Counted from the first letter of the stretch, positions 19,399 to 29,432 are shown. The stretch: DNA of 64,000 nt from an uncultured Candidatus Entotheonella sp. (GCA_965215335.1 CBDCDA010000001.1:480001-544000); one strand, 5' to 3'. The notes: generated by a model from the letters alone, not told the origin. Made by a program: numbers and translations.

Positions 19399-19979
19399 TT
19401 GCGTTCGCGCTTTGAAGAAACCGGATTCCCGCGTCACTGATCTCCCATGTTCCACGTTGGCTGTTGCTCTGCAACAGCCCTTCTTTGACCATCGAATACC
19501 GCGCCCACTGGGCATTATTACTCCAGCGTGGCATCTCTGGATCAGAAGCGAGAGGCTCGTAATCGACGTCCCGCAAAATGCCCTTCATATGCCGGAATAC
19601 ATGGTCGAGAACCTCAGACACACGCGCCGAGCCACCCAAGGCTTCAAGGGCTTTAAGGATTGGACGATAATAGGCTTTTTGGGGAGTGCGCAAGTCCACG
19701 CTGTACACGGCCCAAGTTACGACGTTCAGTGTGAACTTCTGAACCTTCCGCGTCTTCTTCCTGGGCGGAAAGAGTTTGCCATTCTCGATGAAGCCTATCT
19801 ACCTTATCGCGAAAAGCTGTGATCTGTTCTACATGTTCAAGAACGTCTTTCACCTTCTCATAATCACCACTTTCGAAGGTGTGGGCACCGAGACTTTTCA
19901 CGAGTTCAATTTCAGCCTCGATCTCCTCAAGGAGCATATCCAGAACGGCCGCCACGTTGGTTGAATTGTTCTCAATCAT
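19340..19979 (-). pseudogene. Coiled-coil plus Mrr_N-like winged-helix protein, frameshifted near 19690
   Basis: N-part MIENNSTNV..RRNLGRVQRGL continues in another frame as RTPQKAYYRPILKALEALGGS..RWSNNAQWAR..RGTWEISDAG. Confidence 0.7.
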
Positions 19980-20085
19980 CGGAACCCCCTGGGGCAGGAT
20001 TGCGGTACCAGTCGTGCTTGCCGCCATGTCGCACGAGGATACAACCAAATCCCTCGATTGTTCTGATCAGATTGACTCGCTTCAT
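19972..20085 (-). pseudogene. hicA: HicA-like toxin, truncated (37 aa)
   Basis: Manual translation MKRVNLIRTIEGFGCILVRHGGKHDWYRNP then loss of the C-terminal half; ATGA overlap with the upstream hicB-like gene. Confidence 0.75.
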
Positions 20086-20282
20086 GGCACGACGAATTCA
20101 TCGACCTTGCGGATGCCAGGCAACTCCCCGTTGGTCACGGCGTCATAAATGTCTCGCAGGTGTTCTCGGAGGTCATCCAGCGTCCCGCCCTGGGTCCAAT
20201 AGTCGGGGTAATCCTGAAAATAGCCAATCCACGCTCCGTCTTCTTCCCAATAGACAAACTTTACGGTTTGCGTTGTCTCCAT
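20082..20282 (-). CDS. hicB: HicB-like antitoxin
   Basis: YWEEDGAWIGYFQDYPDYWTQGGTLDDLREHLRD; AGGAGG RBS. Confidence 0.75.
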   Translation of the reverse strand: METTQTVKFVYWEEDGAWIGYFQDYPDYWTQGGTLDDLREHLRDIYDAVTNGELPGIRKVDEFVVP

Positions 20283-20305
20283 GTTTTGCCTCCTTGAGGC
20301 GATCC

Positions 20306-21355
20306 TCACACCGGATGCAGACCGGGAAAGGTCAGGCCGGTGGTTTCGTCCAGACCCAGCATGCAGTTCATGGCCTGCACGCCGTTGCCGGCGCCACCTT
20401 TGACGAGATTGTCCAAGGCGCAGAGGACGACCACGCGACCGCTGTGCGGGTCGCTTTCAAAGCCGACGTCGCAGAAATTGGAACCGCTGAGAATTTTTGG
20501 TTCCGGGTAACGGTAAGCCCCGTGTTTCTCCTTCACGAGGCGCATGAACGGCTCGTTCTTGTAGGCCTCGCGGTACAGGCTGCGGATGTCGTTCTCGCGC
20601 AGCGGCGGGTCCAGGAAAACGTGCGAGGTAGTCAAGACGCCGCGCACCATCTCGATGGCGGTGGCCGAGAAGTGCACCGACAGCGGCGTGCTGCCGCTCA
20701 ACTCCTGGATGACCTCCGCGGTGTGGCGGTGCCCCGTGGGCTTGAAGGAGCGCACGGCGCCGTGGCGTTCCGGGTGATGCGAGGCGAGGCCGGGCTTGTT
20801 GCCGGAAGCCGAGGAGCCGACTTTGGCTTCGACGATGACCGGCGCGTCCGGGGCCAGCAGGCCGGCGCGGGCCAGGGGATAGAGACCCAGCAGGGTGGCG
20901 GTGGCCAGGCAACCGGCGCCGCTGACGTGGGTCGCGGCGGCAATGTCGTCGCGGTGCAACTCGGGAATGCCGTAGACGAACGACGACAGCCGTTCCGGGC
21001 AGGCATGCTCGTGCCCGTACCAGGTCCTGTACAGCAACGGGTCCCGCAACCGGAAATCACTGCTCAGATCGATGATCCGACCGCTCAGGGCTTGCAGGGT
21101 TTCCAGGCGGCTCTGGGTCATGCCGTGGGGCAGGGCGAGGAAGAGAACGTCGCAGCCTTGCAACTCGTCCATGCGGATGAATTTGAGGCGCGTCTGCTGG
21201 CGCAGGTTGGGGTGCACCTGGTGCAGGAATCTGCCCCGCTGGCTCTCCGAGGTGACCTGCGTCAGGTCCACCGCCGGATGCTGCAGGAGCAGCCGCACCA
21301 ATTCGCCGCCGATGTAGCCCGAGCCGCCCGCTACGGCAACCTTGAGGCGGCTCAT
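20306..21355 (-). CDS. lysY: [LysW]-aminoadipate-phosphate reductase (ArgC family)
   Basis: [40 protein letters not shown]. Confidence 0.9.
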   Translation of the reverse strand: MSRLKVAVAGGSGYIGGELVRLLLQHPAVDLTQVTSESQRGRFLHQVHPNLRQQTRLKFIRMDELQGCDVLFLALPHGMTQSRLETLQALSGRIIDLSSDFRLRDPLLYRTWYGHEHACPERLSSFVYGIPELHRDDIAAATHVSGAGCLATATLLGLYPLARAGLLAPDAPVIVEAKVGSSASGNKPGLASHHPERHGAVRSFKPTGHRHTAEVIQELSGSTPLSVHFSATAIEMVRGVLTTSHVFLDPPLRENDIRSLYREAYKNEPFMRLVKEKHGAYRYPEPKILSGSNFCDVGFESDPHSGRVVVLCALDNLVKGGAGNGVQAMNCMLGLDETTGLTFPGLHPV

Positions 21356-22197
21356 GCCGACGCCTCTTGTCGAATGTACTCGACCATCTTGCGCGGGATG
21401 TCGACGCCGGTCGTGTCGATGCTGTTGCGAAACTCCATCGTGTAGTTGACCTCGTTCACCCACAGGCCGTTTGGTGTTTCCAGCAGGTCAACCGCCAGTA
21501 TGCCGCCGCCGACGGCCTTGGCCGCGGCGCGCGACAGGGCATCGATCGCCGGCGTGACGGGGCAGTTCGACGCCTTGCCGCCCAGGGCCGTGTTGGTGAT
21601 CCAGTGGTCGGAGGTACGGTAGATGGCGCAGATCGTTTCGTCGCCGACGACAAAGGAGCGGATGTCGTATCCCGGTTTGTCGATGTATTCCTGTATGTAG
21701 TAGATCGAATGGTGATACGACCCCAGGATCTGCTTGTGCTCCAGCACCGCCTCCGCCGCCTGCCGATCGTTGATCTTGGCGACCAGGCGGCCCCACGAGC
21801 CGACGCAGGGCTTGAGGACGACGGGATAGCCGAGTTGATCGATGGCCTCCAGGGCTGACGCCGGGGTGAAGGCGACCAGATTGCGGGGCACCGGCAGGTC
21901 GTGCTGCCGCAGCGCCTGCGTGGTCAGGAGCTTGTCACCACAGACGCGGGCGGTGCGGGCGGTGTTGACGGTCTTGATGTCCCAGTCGTTGAGCATGTGG
22001 AGGGCGTAGTGGGCGCGCGAGTGATTGATGGCGCGTTCAAGGATGAGGTCGTATTTGCGGAATGGTGCGGGATCGTGCAAGTCGAAAATCAACGTCCGAT
22101 CATCGAGTTTTTCGTAGGCCATGCCATGCGCTTTGAGCGCCTCGAACAGGAGCTTTTCCTCAACCCGGATGCGAGAACACAGTACCCCAACAAGCAT
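21352..22197 (-). CDS. lysX: Alpha-aminoadipate--LysW ligase (RimK/ATP-grasp)
   Basis: [28 protein letters not shown]. Confidence 0.92.
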   Translation of the reverse strand: MLVGVLCSRIRVEEKLLFEALKAHGMAYEKLDDRTLIFDLHDPAPFRKYDLILERAINHSRAHYALHMLNDWDIKTVNTARTARVCGDKLLTTQALRQHDLPVPRNLVAFTPASALEAIDQLGYPVVLKPCVGSWGRLVAKINDRQAAEAVLEHKQILGSYHHSIYYIQEYIDKPGYDIRSFVVGDETICAIYRTSDHWITNTALGGKASNCPVTPAIDALSRAAAKAVGGGILAVDLLETPNGLWVNEVNYTMEFRNSIDTTGVDIPRKMVEYIRQEASA

Positions 22198-22206
22198 GTG
22201 CGCGTC

Positions 22207-22371
22207 CTATTCTCCCCAATCCTCTTCCTCGTCGGGAGCCAGGGCAAGTTCCGGCGGGTCTTCGTTGACCACTTCCAACTCGGCGCCGCACTCCTCGCAC
22301 AGGATGATTTCGCCTGCTTCGAGATCGGTATCCACTGGAACATCCACTTCACATTCCGGGCACGATGTCAT
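22207..22371 (-). CDS. lysW: Amino-group carrier protein LysW
   Basis: Not in the ORF track. MTSCPECE..CEECGAELEVV..APDEEEDWGE: zinc-ribbon Cys pairs and the C-terminal EDWGE. Confidence 0.95.
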   Translation of the reverse strand: MTSCPECEVDVPVDTDLEAGEIILCEECGAELEVVNEDPPELALAPDEEEDWGE

Positions 22372-22507
22372 TTTTTCTCTCTTTCAACAATATGCTATGG
22401 TTCAGGGTCTGCGCCCCAAGGCGACGGAATCCTACGGCATGCCTATTCGACTTGCAACCGCCCAGGACGCGCCACCGACAACACATCTCATCGTGAGGAA
22501 AAGGTAT

Positions 22508-25411
22508 ATGGACGACCTGCGCCGGGACTTGGAGAAACACCTCGACGGCGAGGTGCGTTTCGACACGTTCAGCCGCCTGCTGTACAGCACCGACGCCAGC
22601 ATTTACCAGATCGAGCCGCTGGGGGTGGTGATACCCCGCCACGCCGATGACGTCGAGGCGACGGTGCAAGTGGCCCGGCAACACGGCGTTCCGGTGTTGC
22701 CGCGCGGTGGTGGCACGGCGCTCGCCGGGCAAACCGTGGGCCGGGCGGTCATCCTCGACATGTCCAATTACATGCATCAGGTGCTGGAACTGAACACCGA
22801 GGAGCAATGGGCGTGGGTGCAACCGGGGGTGGTGCAGGACCAGCTCAACGCCTACCTGCGGCCACACGGATTTCTGTTCGGGCCCGATACCTCGACCAGT
22901 AGCCGCGCCACGATAGGCGGCATGATCGGCAACAACTCGGCCGGCGCGCGCTCGATTCTGTACGGCAAGACCATTGACCATGTCCTCGAACTCGAGGTCG
23001 TGCTTTCGGACGGCAGCACGGCGCTGTTCAAGCCCGTCGAGAAGGCGGTGGTCGAGCAGATCATCCGCGAGGATACGCTGGAGGCCGGCGTCTACCGCGA
23101 CGTGCTGCGGGTCGCCCAGGACAACCGCGACGCGGTTTTGGAGCGCTATCCGAAGCTGCTGCGCCGGGTCAGCGGCTACAACCTGGACGAATTCATCACC
23201 GACGCGCCGACGAATCTCGCCAAGATGGTCGTCGGTTCGGAGGGCACGCTGGCCGCGGTCACCGCGGCCAAGGTGCGCATCATGCCCCGTCCGCAGGCGA
23301 CGGCTGTGCTGGTTACCCACTTCGAGGACCTGATTGCCGCGGTCGAGGCGACCGAGGCGATTCTGCCTTACGAGCCATCGGCTGTCGAGATGGTCGACCG
23401 CAAGATCATCGAGGGCGCCCAGGCCGCCAGGGAATTCGCCGGGCGCCTGCCTTTTCTGCAGGGCGAGCCGGACGGCCTCGTTATCGCGGAGTTTTATGGC
23501 GACTCGCCACCGGAGGTCGCCGACAAGGTTGAAAAACTGGAGGCCAGCCTGCGGCGGCAGAAGTGGGGCTACGCCTATTCGCCCGCCTTGACGGCGCAGG
23601 CGCAGGCCGACGTCTGGAAAATGAGAAAGGCGGGGCTGGGAATTCTGATGGGCACCCGTGAGGCGCGCAAGCCGGTGGCGTTTGTCGAGGACACCGCGGT
23701 GGATCCGGCCAAGCTGCCGGAATTCCTGCGCCGCTTCCGCCAGATCATTGCTGACCATGACACCACCGCGGGCTATTACGGCCATTCCAGCGTCGGTTGC
23801 CTGCATATCCGGCCCGGCATCGATCTCAAGAACCAGGACGGTGTCGACAAGATGGTCGACATGATGCGGGAGATCAGCGACCTCGTCGTTGAATTCGGCG
23901 GCTGCATGAGCGGCGAGCACGGCGACGGCCTGGCGCGCAGCTGGCTCAACGAGAAGCATTTCGGCCCCACGCTCTACCAGGCGTTCAAAGACGTGAAACA
24001 CGCCTTTGATCCGGATAACCGCATGAACCCCGGCAAGGTGGTGGACGGACCCGCGCCGACGGAAAACCTGCGCCACGGGCCGGCGTATCGCGCCATTGAA
24101 TTCAAGACCCACCTCGACTTCACCCGCGACGGCGGTTTCGCCACCGCCATCGACATGTGCAACGGCAACGGCGCTTGTCGCAAGCTCGGCGAGGGGACGA
24201 TGTGCCCGTCGTACATGGCCACGCGTGACGAGACGCACTCGACCCGCGGGCGCGCCAACGCCCTGCGGGCGGTGCTCTCCGGGCGCGTGCCGCAGGAGGT
24301 GTTTGCCAGCAAGGCCATGTACGACACGCTCGATCTGTGCCTCGAATGCAAGGCGTGCAAGACGGAATGCCCGTCGAACGTGGATATGGCCAAGCTGAAA
24401 TACGAGATGCTGAGTCACTATTACGCCCGCCACGGCATGCCACTGCGGTCCAGAATTTTCGCCAATATCGCGACGGTGAACCGGCTGGGGCACCTGTTGG
24501 CGCCTGTCTCGAACCGGCTGGCCCGGCACCCGTTTTCCAGATGGCTGCAAGGGCGCCTCGGGCTGGCGGCGCAGAGGACGCTGCCGGCATTCGCGTCCGA
24601 GACGTTCAGCGATTGGTTTCATGCCCAACGGCCCCGAACCCGGAACGGCAAGCGAGGAACGGTCGTGCTGTTTCACGACACCTTCATGGAATACAACCAG
24701 CCTGAGGCCGGCCAAGCCGCCGCCAAGCTGCTGCAGGCCGCCGGTTACGAGGTCACGCTGGTGGCGCGGAAATGCTGCGGCCGTCCGGCGATTTCCAAGG
24801 GCAGCCTGGAACAGGCGCGCGAATACGCCCGCTACAACGTCGCCCTGCTGGCGCCGTACGCGCGGCAAGGCATGCCGGTCATCGGCGTCGAACCCAGCTG
24901 CATCCTGACGCTGCGGGACGATTATCTGGATCTGGTGCCCGGACCTGATGCCCAGCTCGTGGCGGAGCACGCGGTCAGTATCGACGAGTTTCTCCATCAG
25001 CTTCACCAACGCGGCGAACTGGACCTGACGTTCACCGACGCCCCCAAACGGTTGTTGCTGCATGGCCACTGTCATCAGAAGGCGCTGGTCGGCACCGCGC
25101 CGACGCTGGCCCTGCTGCGGCTGCCGTCGGGCTACGAGGTGGAAGAGATCGCCTCGGGCTGCTGCGGCATGGCCGGCTCGTTCGGCTACGAAGCGGAGCA
25201 TTACGACCTGTCGATGGACATCGGCAGACAGCGCCTGTTTCCGGCCGTGGAGGACGCCGAGCCTGACGTGGAGATCGTGGCGGACGGCATTTCGTGCCGG
25301 CAGCAGATCCATCACGCCACCGGTCGCACGGCGCGCCATCTGGTCGAGGTACTGTGGGAGGCCGTCGTGCCTGAACAGCCCGGCCAGAACCGTATGACGA
25401 CATGGCGCTGA
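22508..25411 (+). CDS. FAD-linked oxidase / Fe-S oxidoreductase fusion (YdiJ/GlcD-GlcF-like)
   Basis: PRGGGT, SGEHGDG, CxxCxxCxxxCP and CCG domains. Start moved to ATG 22508. Confidence 0.88.
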   Translation: MDDLRRDLEKHLDGEVRFDTFSRLLYSTDASIYQIEPLGVVIPRHADDVEATVQVARQHGVPVLPRGGGTALAGQTVGRAVILDMSNYMHQVLELNTEEQWAWVQPGVVQDQLNAYLRPHGFLFGPDTSTSSRATIGGMIGNNSAGARSILYGKTIDHVLELEVVLSDGSTALFKPVEKAVVEQIIREDTLEAGVYRDVLRVAQDNRDAVLERYPKLLRRVSGYNLDEFITDAPTNLAKMVVGSEGTLAAVTAAKVRIMPRPQATAVLVTHFEDLIAAVEATEAILPYEPSAVEMVDRKIIEGAQAAREFAGRLPFLQGEPDGLVIAEFYGDSPPEVADKVEKLEASLRRQKWGYAYSPALTAQAQADVWKMRKAGLGILMGTREARKPVAFVEDTAVDPAKLPEFLRRFRQIIADHDTTAGYYGHSSVGCLHIRPGIDLKNQDGVDKMVDMMREISDLVVEFGGCMSGEHGDGLARSWLNEKHFGPTLYQAFKDVKHAFDPDNRMNPGKVVDGPAPTENLRHGPAYRAIEFKTHLDFTRDGGFATAIDMCNGNGACRKLGEGTMCPSYMATRDETHSTRGRANALRAVLSGRVPQEVFASKAMYDTLDLCLECKACKTECPSNVDMAKLKYEMLSHYYARHGMPLRSRIFANIATVNRLGHLLAPVSNRLARHPFSRWLQGRLGLAAQRTLPAFASETFSDWFHAQRPRTRNGKRGTVVLFHDTFMEYNQPEAGQAAAKLLQAAGYEVTLVARKCCGRPAISKGSLEQAREYARYNVALLAPYARQGMPVIGVEPSCILTLRDDYLDLVPGPDAQLVAEHAVSIDEFLHQLHQRGELDLTFTDAPKRLLLHGHCHQKALVGTAPTLALLRLPSGYEVEEIASGCCGMAGSFGYEAEHYDLSMDIGRQRLFPAVEDAEPDVEIVADGISCRQQIHHATGRTARHLVEVLWEAVVPEQPGQNRMTTWR

Positions 25412-25501
25412 AGTGATGGCGGTGTCTTTTTTGCTACAATTGCGCAATCCATTTGCGGGAAGGTGGTCTGGTGTCAACCGCTAGGTCTGGAGGGGAATTT
25501 G

Positions 25502-25894
25502 ATGGCTGATTTCGACGACGTCAAGGTGTTCGTGCAGGAGCTTCAGCTTTCCATCGTGAACGAGGATGCGCCGGAGGGCATTCTCATGGTCGACGATGAA
25601 GAACGCGGTGTCAAGAACCTGGTTATCGACTGTGATGACCCCGTGCTGATTTTCGAGCAGATGATCATGGAAGTTCCGGGGCACCCTGGCGACATGTTCA
25701 GGCGCCTGTTGCAGATGAATCGCACCCTGGTTCATGGAGCGTTCGTCCTGGACGAGGAAGGCAGAAAAGTGCTTTTTCGCGACACGTTGCAACTCGCCAA
25801 TCTCGACCTGAATGAGGTGGAAGGCACGGTTGAGGCCCTGAGTCTGGCCTTGGCCGAGAACGCCGCGGAACTGATCGGGTTCAGCCACCAGTAG
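25502..25894 (+). CDS. YbjN/CesT-like chaperone-fold protein
   Basis: Small acidic protein with RLLQMNRTLVHGAF..FRDTLQLANLD; directly upstream of pspA. Confidence 0.7.
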   Translation: MADFDDVKVFVQELQLSIVNEDAPEGILMVDDEERGVKNLVIDCDDPVLIFEQMIMEVPGHPGDMFRRLLQMNRTLVHGAFVLDEEGRKVLFRDTLQLANLDLNEVEGTVEALSLALAENAAELIGFSHQ

Positions 25895-25919
25895 CAGCAA
25901 CACAGAGGGAGACCACGTC

Positions 25920-26636
25920 ATGAGTATTTTCGCCAGGCTGTTCAAGGTAGGGCAGGCCCAGGCCCACAACATCGTCGACAAGCTCGAAGACCCGATCAAG
26001 CTGACGGAGCAGGGCATCCGCGACCTCAAACAAGACCTGCAAGGCGCCATGCAAGGGCTGGCGGAAGTCAAGGGGATTGCGATTCGCCTGGGCAAGGAAT
26101 CGGAGGACGCCAATCGACAGGCCGGGGAGTACGAACGCAAAGCCATGCTGCTGTTGCAACGAGGCAGCGACGGGCAACTCGACGCGGCCGAGGCGGAACG
26201 TCTGGCGACCCAAGCCCTGACGCAACGAGAGACCGCCGGCGAGCGCGCCGCGGCGCTGGCCAAGGACGCCGAGCATCAAAACAACATGGTCGTCCAGTTG
26301 CAGGCCAAGGTGCAGCAGCTCAAGTCGGCCATTACCACGTACGAGAATGAATTGGTGACCCTGAGGGCGCGCGCCAAGACCGCCGCCTCGACCAGGAAGA
26401 TCAATCAGCAATTGGCGAATGTGGATTCCTCGAGCACGATCGCCATGCTGGAGCGGATGAAGGACAAGGTGGAAGAGGATGAAGCCCTGGCTCAGGCGTA
26501 TGGGGAAGTCGGGCAGGTGGAATTGTCAGCCGATACCGAAATCGACCGCGCTTTGGCGGGCACGCAACCCGCGGCAGCCCAGGACAGATTGCGGGAGCTG
26601 AAGGCCCGCATGGGGCTCGGTCCCGACAGCAATTAA
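25920..26636 (+). CDS. pspA: PspA/IM30 family protein
   Basis: MSIFARLF..DKLEDP..EQ.IRD, long coiled coil, terminal LRELKARMG. Confidence 0.88.
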   Translation: MSIFARLFKVGQAQAHNIVDKLEDPIKLTEQGIRDLKQDLQGAMQGLAEVKGIAIRLGKESEDANRQAGEYERKAMLLLQRGSDGQLDAAEAERLATQALTQRETAGERAAALAKDAEHQNNMVVQLQAKVQQLKSAITTYENELVTLRARAKTAASTRKINQQLANVDSSSTIAMLERMKDKVEEDEALAQAYGEVGQVELSADTEIDRALAGTQPAAAQDRLRELKARMGLGPDSN

Positions 26637-26650
26637 GACATGGCCGGTGC

Positions 26651-27274
26651 TCAATTGCCCGCGTCGCGGCTGTGCCAGGCGTCGATCAGCCACGGCTCAC
26701 CCGGAGAGCGGACGAGAGAGAACTCCTCGAGTTGCGGTTGTTGAACCCCGTCAACACGGACTTGCGAGCGGACGTACACGGTGGCAAGGTCGCTATCCGT
26801 TTGGACCTTATCGATTTGCCAGGTGATGCGGCGACGGGCGCGGGTGTCCGGCTTGGTCGTCAGGTGAGCGATCCAGTCCGCGGGAGGCATGTCTTGGCGG
26901 AAACGCGCCGTGACGTGCAGGACCACACGGGCTGGCTGCGAGTCGTAGAAGCGCAAGTATTCCAGCACCGGCCACCAGGGGGATGAGGCGGGCAGGAGCG
27001 TGGGCTCCGTTTCGGCACCGGTTTCCGGGGGTCCGGTGGCGAGCCCGAGGGCACGCAAGGTCGCCGTATCGAGTTCACCGGTGACGGTCAGGCGGCGGGT
27101 TCTCTGAAAGGCCTGCAACGCCTTGATCGTGCGCGGATCAAGGACGTCTTGCGCTTCTCCAATCTCGAACCCCAAGGCCCGGAGCTTCTCCTGCGCTTGT
27201 CGGATCTGCGGCAGTTCTTGCCCCCATGCACAACTCAACAGCAGAAACAGGACCGTCCAGGCAAGATACGTCAT
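26651..27274 (-). CDS. Secreted peptidoglycan-binding domain protein
   Basis: Signal-like N-terminus; QEKLRALGF..TIKALQAFQ..LTVTGELDTATLRAL. Confidence 0.75.
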   Translation of the reverse strand: MTYLAWTVLFLLLSCAWGQELPQIRQAQEKLRALGFEIGEAQDVLDPRTIKALQAFQRTRRLTVTGELDTATLRALGLATGPPETGAETEPTLLPASSPWWPVLEYLRFYDSQPARVVLHVTARFRQDMPPADWIAHLTTKPDTRARRRITWQIDKVQTDSDLATVYVRSQVRVDGVQQPQLEEFSLVRSPGEPWLIDAWHSRDAGN

Positions 27275-27469
27275 GACCTGCGATGCCTCCCTGATGCCGT
27301 CTTATGTTGACGCAATGTTGACGCACCCAAATCCGTGCAGGACCGAATCACCCCAAAACGCCAACCATTTGATTTGATCCTGACTGCTGAATTTACTCCC
27401 AGGGATCAGAGCCTGCAATTTCCAGGGCTCTTGACGGATGTCAGGAAGCAGAATTGAAGGAGACTGGAC

Positions 27470-29317
27470 GTGAGCGATGAAGAACGGTTGCAGGCGGAAG
27501 CCGAGCAATACATTCCATCCGGCTATGATCCGGAGCTATACAAGCTGCGGCACTCGACGGCCCATATCATGGCGCAGGCGGTGCTTGAGAGCTTTCCCGA
27601 GGCCAAGGTGGCCATCGGTCCCCCCATCGAAAACGGCTTCTATTACGATTTCGACCTGCCCCGTGTTCCCAACGAAGAAGACCTGACGGCAATCGAGGAC
27701 CGCATGAAGGCGCTCATTCGGCAGGGGCATGCCTTCCACGTGCGCGAAGTGACCCTGCCGGAGGCCCGCGACCTCTTTCGTGAGCAGCCTTACAAGCTGG
27801 AACTGATCGACGGCATGGCGGCGGGGCAGTACGACGATTACGGCAATGATCTCCCCCCGGAGGCGGACAATCGGATCACCGTTTATCAACACGACACGTT
27901 CGTCGATCTGTGCCGTGGCCCGCACGTCGCGCACGGCGGCAGGATCAGGGCGAATGCGGTGAAGGTGATGCGCACCGCCGGGGCGTATTGGCGGGGCAGT
28001 GAGCGCAACCCGATGCTGACGCGCATCTACGGCACGGCGTTCGGAAACAAGACCGGCCTCGACGATTACCTGCGACGCCTGGAGCAAGCCCGTCAACGCG
28101 ACCACCGCCGCCTGGGCCGTGAGTTGGAACTGTTTGCCAGCCATGAACTCATCGGCGCCGGCCTGCCGCTCTGGCTCCCGAAAGGCGCCACCATCCGCCG
28201 GGAGCTCGAAGCGTACATCACCGAAGAAGAACGGCGCGACGGTTACCAGCACGTGTATACCCCCCACCTGGCCAAGCAGGAGTTGTACGAAACCTCCGGC
28301 CACTGGTCGCATTACAAGGACAACATGTTCCCGCGCATGGAGCTGGAATACGAAAACCTCGTGCTGCGGCCCATGAACTGCCCGCACCATATCCTCATCT
28401 ATGCCGCAAAGCGGCATAGCTACCGCGACCTGCCCATCCGCATCGCCGAACTGGGAACGATGTATCGCTACGAGAAGTCGGGTGTCGTGGGCGGGCTCAG
28501 CCGGGTGCGCACGATGACGCTGAACGACGCGCACATCTTTTGCACGCAGGATCAGATCAAGGAGGAATTTTCCAACGTCATGCGCCTCGTCGAGCGGGCC
28601 TACGCAACGCTGGGCATTCAGGAATATACCTACCGTCTGTCGCTGCGTGACCAGGCCAACACCGAGAAATACGTAGCCAACGACGCCATGTGGGACATGG
28701 CCGAAAACGTGCTGCGCGAGGCCATGGAGGCGCTCGGGCTTCCGTACACGGAAGCGGCGGGCGAGGCGGCGTTCTACGGGCCGAAACTGGACATTCAGTT
28801 GCGCGACATTCTCGGCCGCGAGGAAACGATCTCGACCATCCAGATCGACTTCCATTTGCCGAACCAGTTCGGCCTGATCTACATCGGCGAAGACGGCCAG
28901 GAGCACCAGCCGGTGATGATCCATCGCGGCGTGGTCAGCACCATGGAGCGCATGGTCGCCTATCTGATCGAGATGTACGGTGGCGCCTTCCCGGTCTGGC
29001 TGGCGCCCACGCAGGCCGTCGTGATTCCCATCGCCGATCGCCATGTGGCCTACGCCCAGGCGGTGGTGAAACGGCTGTTCGACCTCGGGTTCCGCGTGCA
29101 GGCCGACGTCAGCGACAAGCGCATGAACGCCAAAATCCGCGAGGCGAAATTGCAGAAGGTGCCGTACATGCTGGTGGTAGGGGATCAGGAGGTGGCGGAT
29201 CAAACGGTGTCCGTGCGCCTGCGCAGCGACGAGAATCTGGGACCGGTGACGCTCGACGAGTTCGAGCAGCTGATCAGCCAGGTGGTCAAGCGGCGTTCAC
29301 TGTCGCTCACGGCGTAG
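27470..29317 (+). CDS. thrS: Threonine--tRNA ligase (no N-terminal TGS domain)
   Basis: RHSTAH, DLCRGPH, RDHRRLG, PMNCPHH, GEAAFYGPK. Confidence 0.97.
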   Translation: MSDEERLQAEAEQYIPSGYDPELYKLRHSTAHIMAQAVLESFPEAKVAIGPPIENGFYYDFDLPRVPNEEDLTAIEDRMKALIRQGHAFHVREVTLPEARDLFREQPYKLELIDGMAAGQYDDYGNDLPPEADNRITVYQHDTFVDLCRGPHVAHGGRIRANAVKVMRTAGAYWRGSERNPMLTRIYGTAFGNKTGLDDYLRRLEQARQRDHRRLGRELELFASHELIGAGLPLWLPKGATIRRELEAYITEEERRDGYQHVYTPHLAKQELYETSGHWSHYKDNMFPRMELEYENLVLRPMNCPHHILIYAAKRHSYRDLPIRIAELGTMYRYEKSGVVGGLSRVRTMTLNDAHIFCTQDQIKEEFSNVMRLVERAYATLGIQEYTYRLSLRDQANTEKYVANDAMWDMAENVLREAMEALGLPYTEAAGEAAFYGPKLDIQLRDILGREETISTIQIDFHLPNQFGLIYIGEDGQEHQPVMIHRGVVSTMERMVAYLIEMYGGAFPVWLAPTQAVVIPIADRHVAYAQAVVKRLFDLGFRVQADVSDKRMNAKIREAKLQKVPYMLVVGDQEVADQTVSVRLRSDENLGPVTLDEFEQLISQVVKRRSLSLTA

Positions 29318-29354
29318 GGCGGGGCTCGCCCGCCGCTGGCGAGCGCACAGGCCT

Positions 29355-29432
29355 TTAGTGCTGCGGATGGATCGACATGCCCATGAACAACGACGTGAGC
29401 AGGGTGAAAATATAGGCTTGCAGGAAGGCGAT
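29355..29432 (-). repeat. 78-bp duplicate of the atpB 3' end (direct repeat with 31122-31199)
   Basis: 75/78 identical to 31122-31199; both copies encode IAFLQAYIFTLLTSLFMGMSIHPQH*. Confidence 0.95.

Noticed and set aside
22121..22507. N-terminal extension of the FAD oxidase
   Set aside because: It overlaps lysW/lysX on the opposite strand; the recognisable protein starts at ATG 22508.
25420..25440. Sigma54 promoter for the ybjN-pspA pair
   Set aside because: GG-N10-GC spacing is present but the -24 box is poor; TGCTACAAT fits an extended -10 equally well.
22349..25477. 1042-aa minus-strand ORF (and similar long ORFs at 14472, 19961, 27536)
   Set aside because: Antisense frames of GC-rich real genes; no independent motifs.
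27330..27469. T-box riboswitch before thrS
   Set aside because: No T-box consensus or terminator U-tract, and the leader is short.
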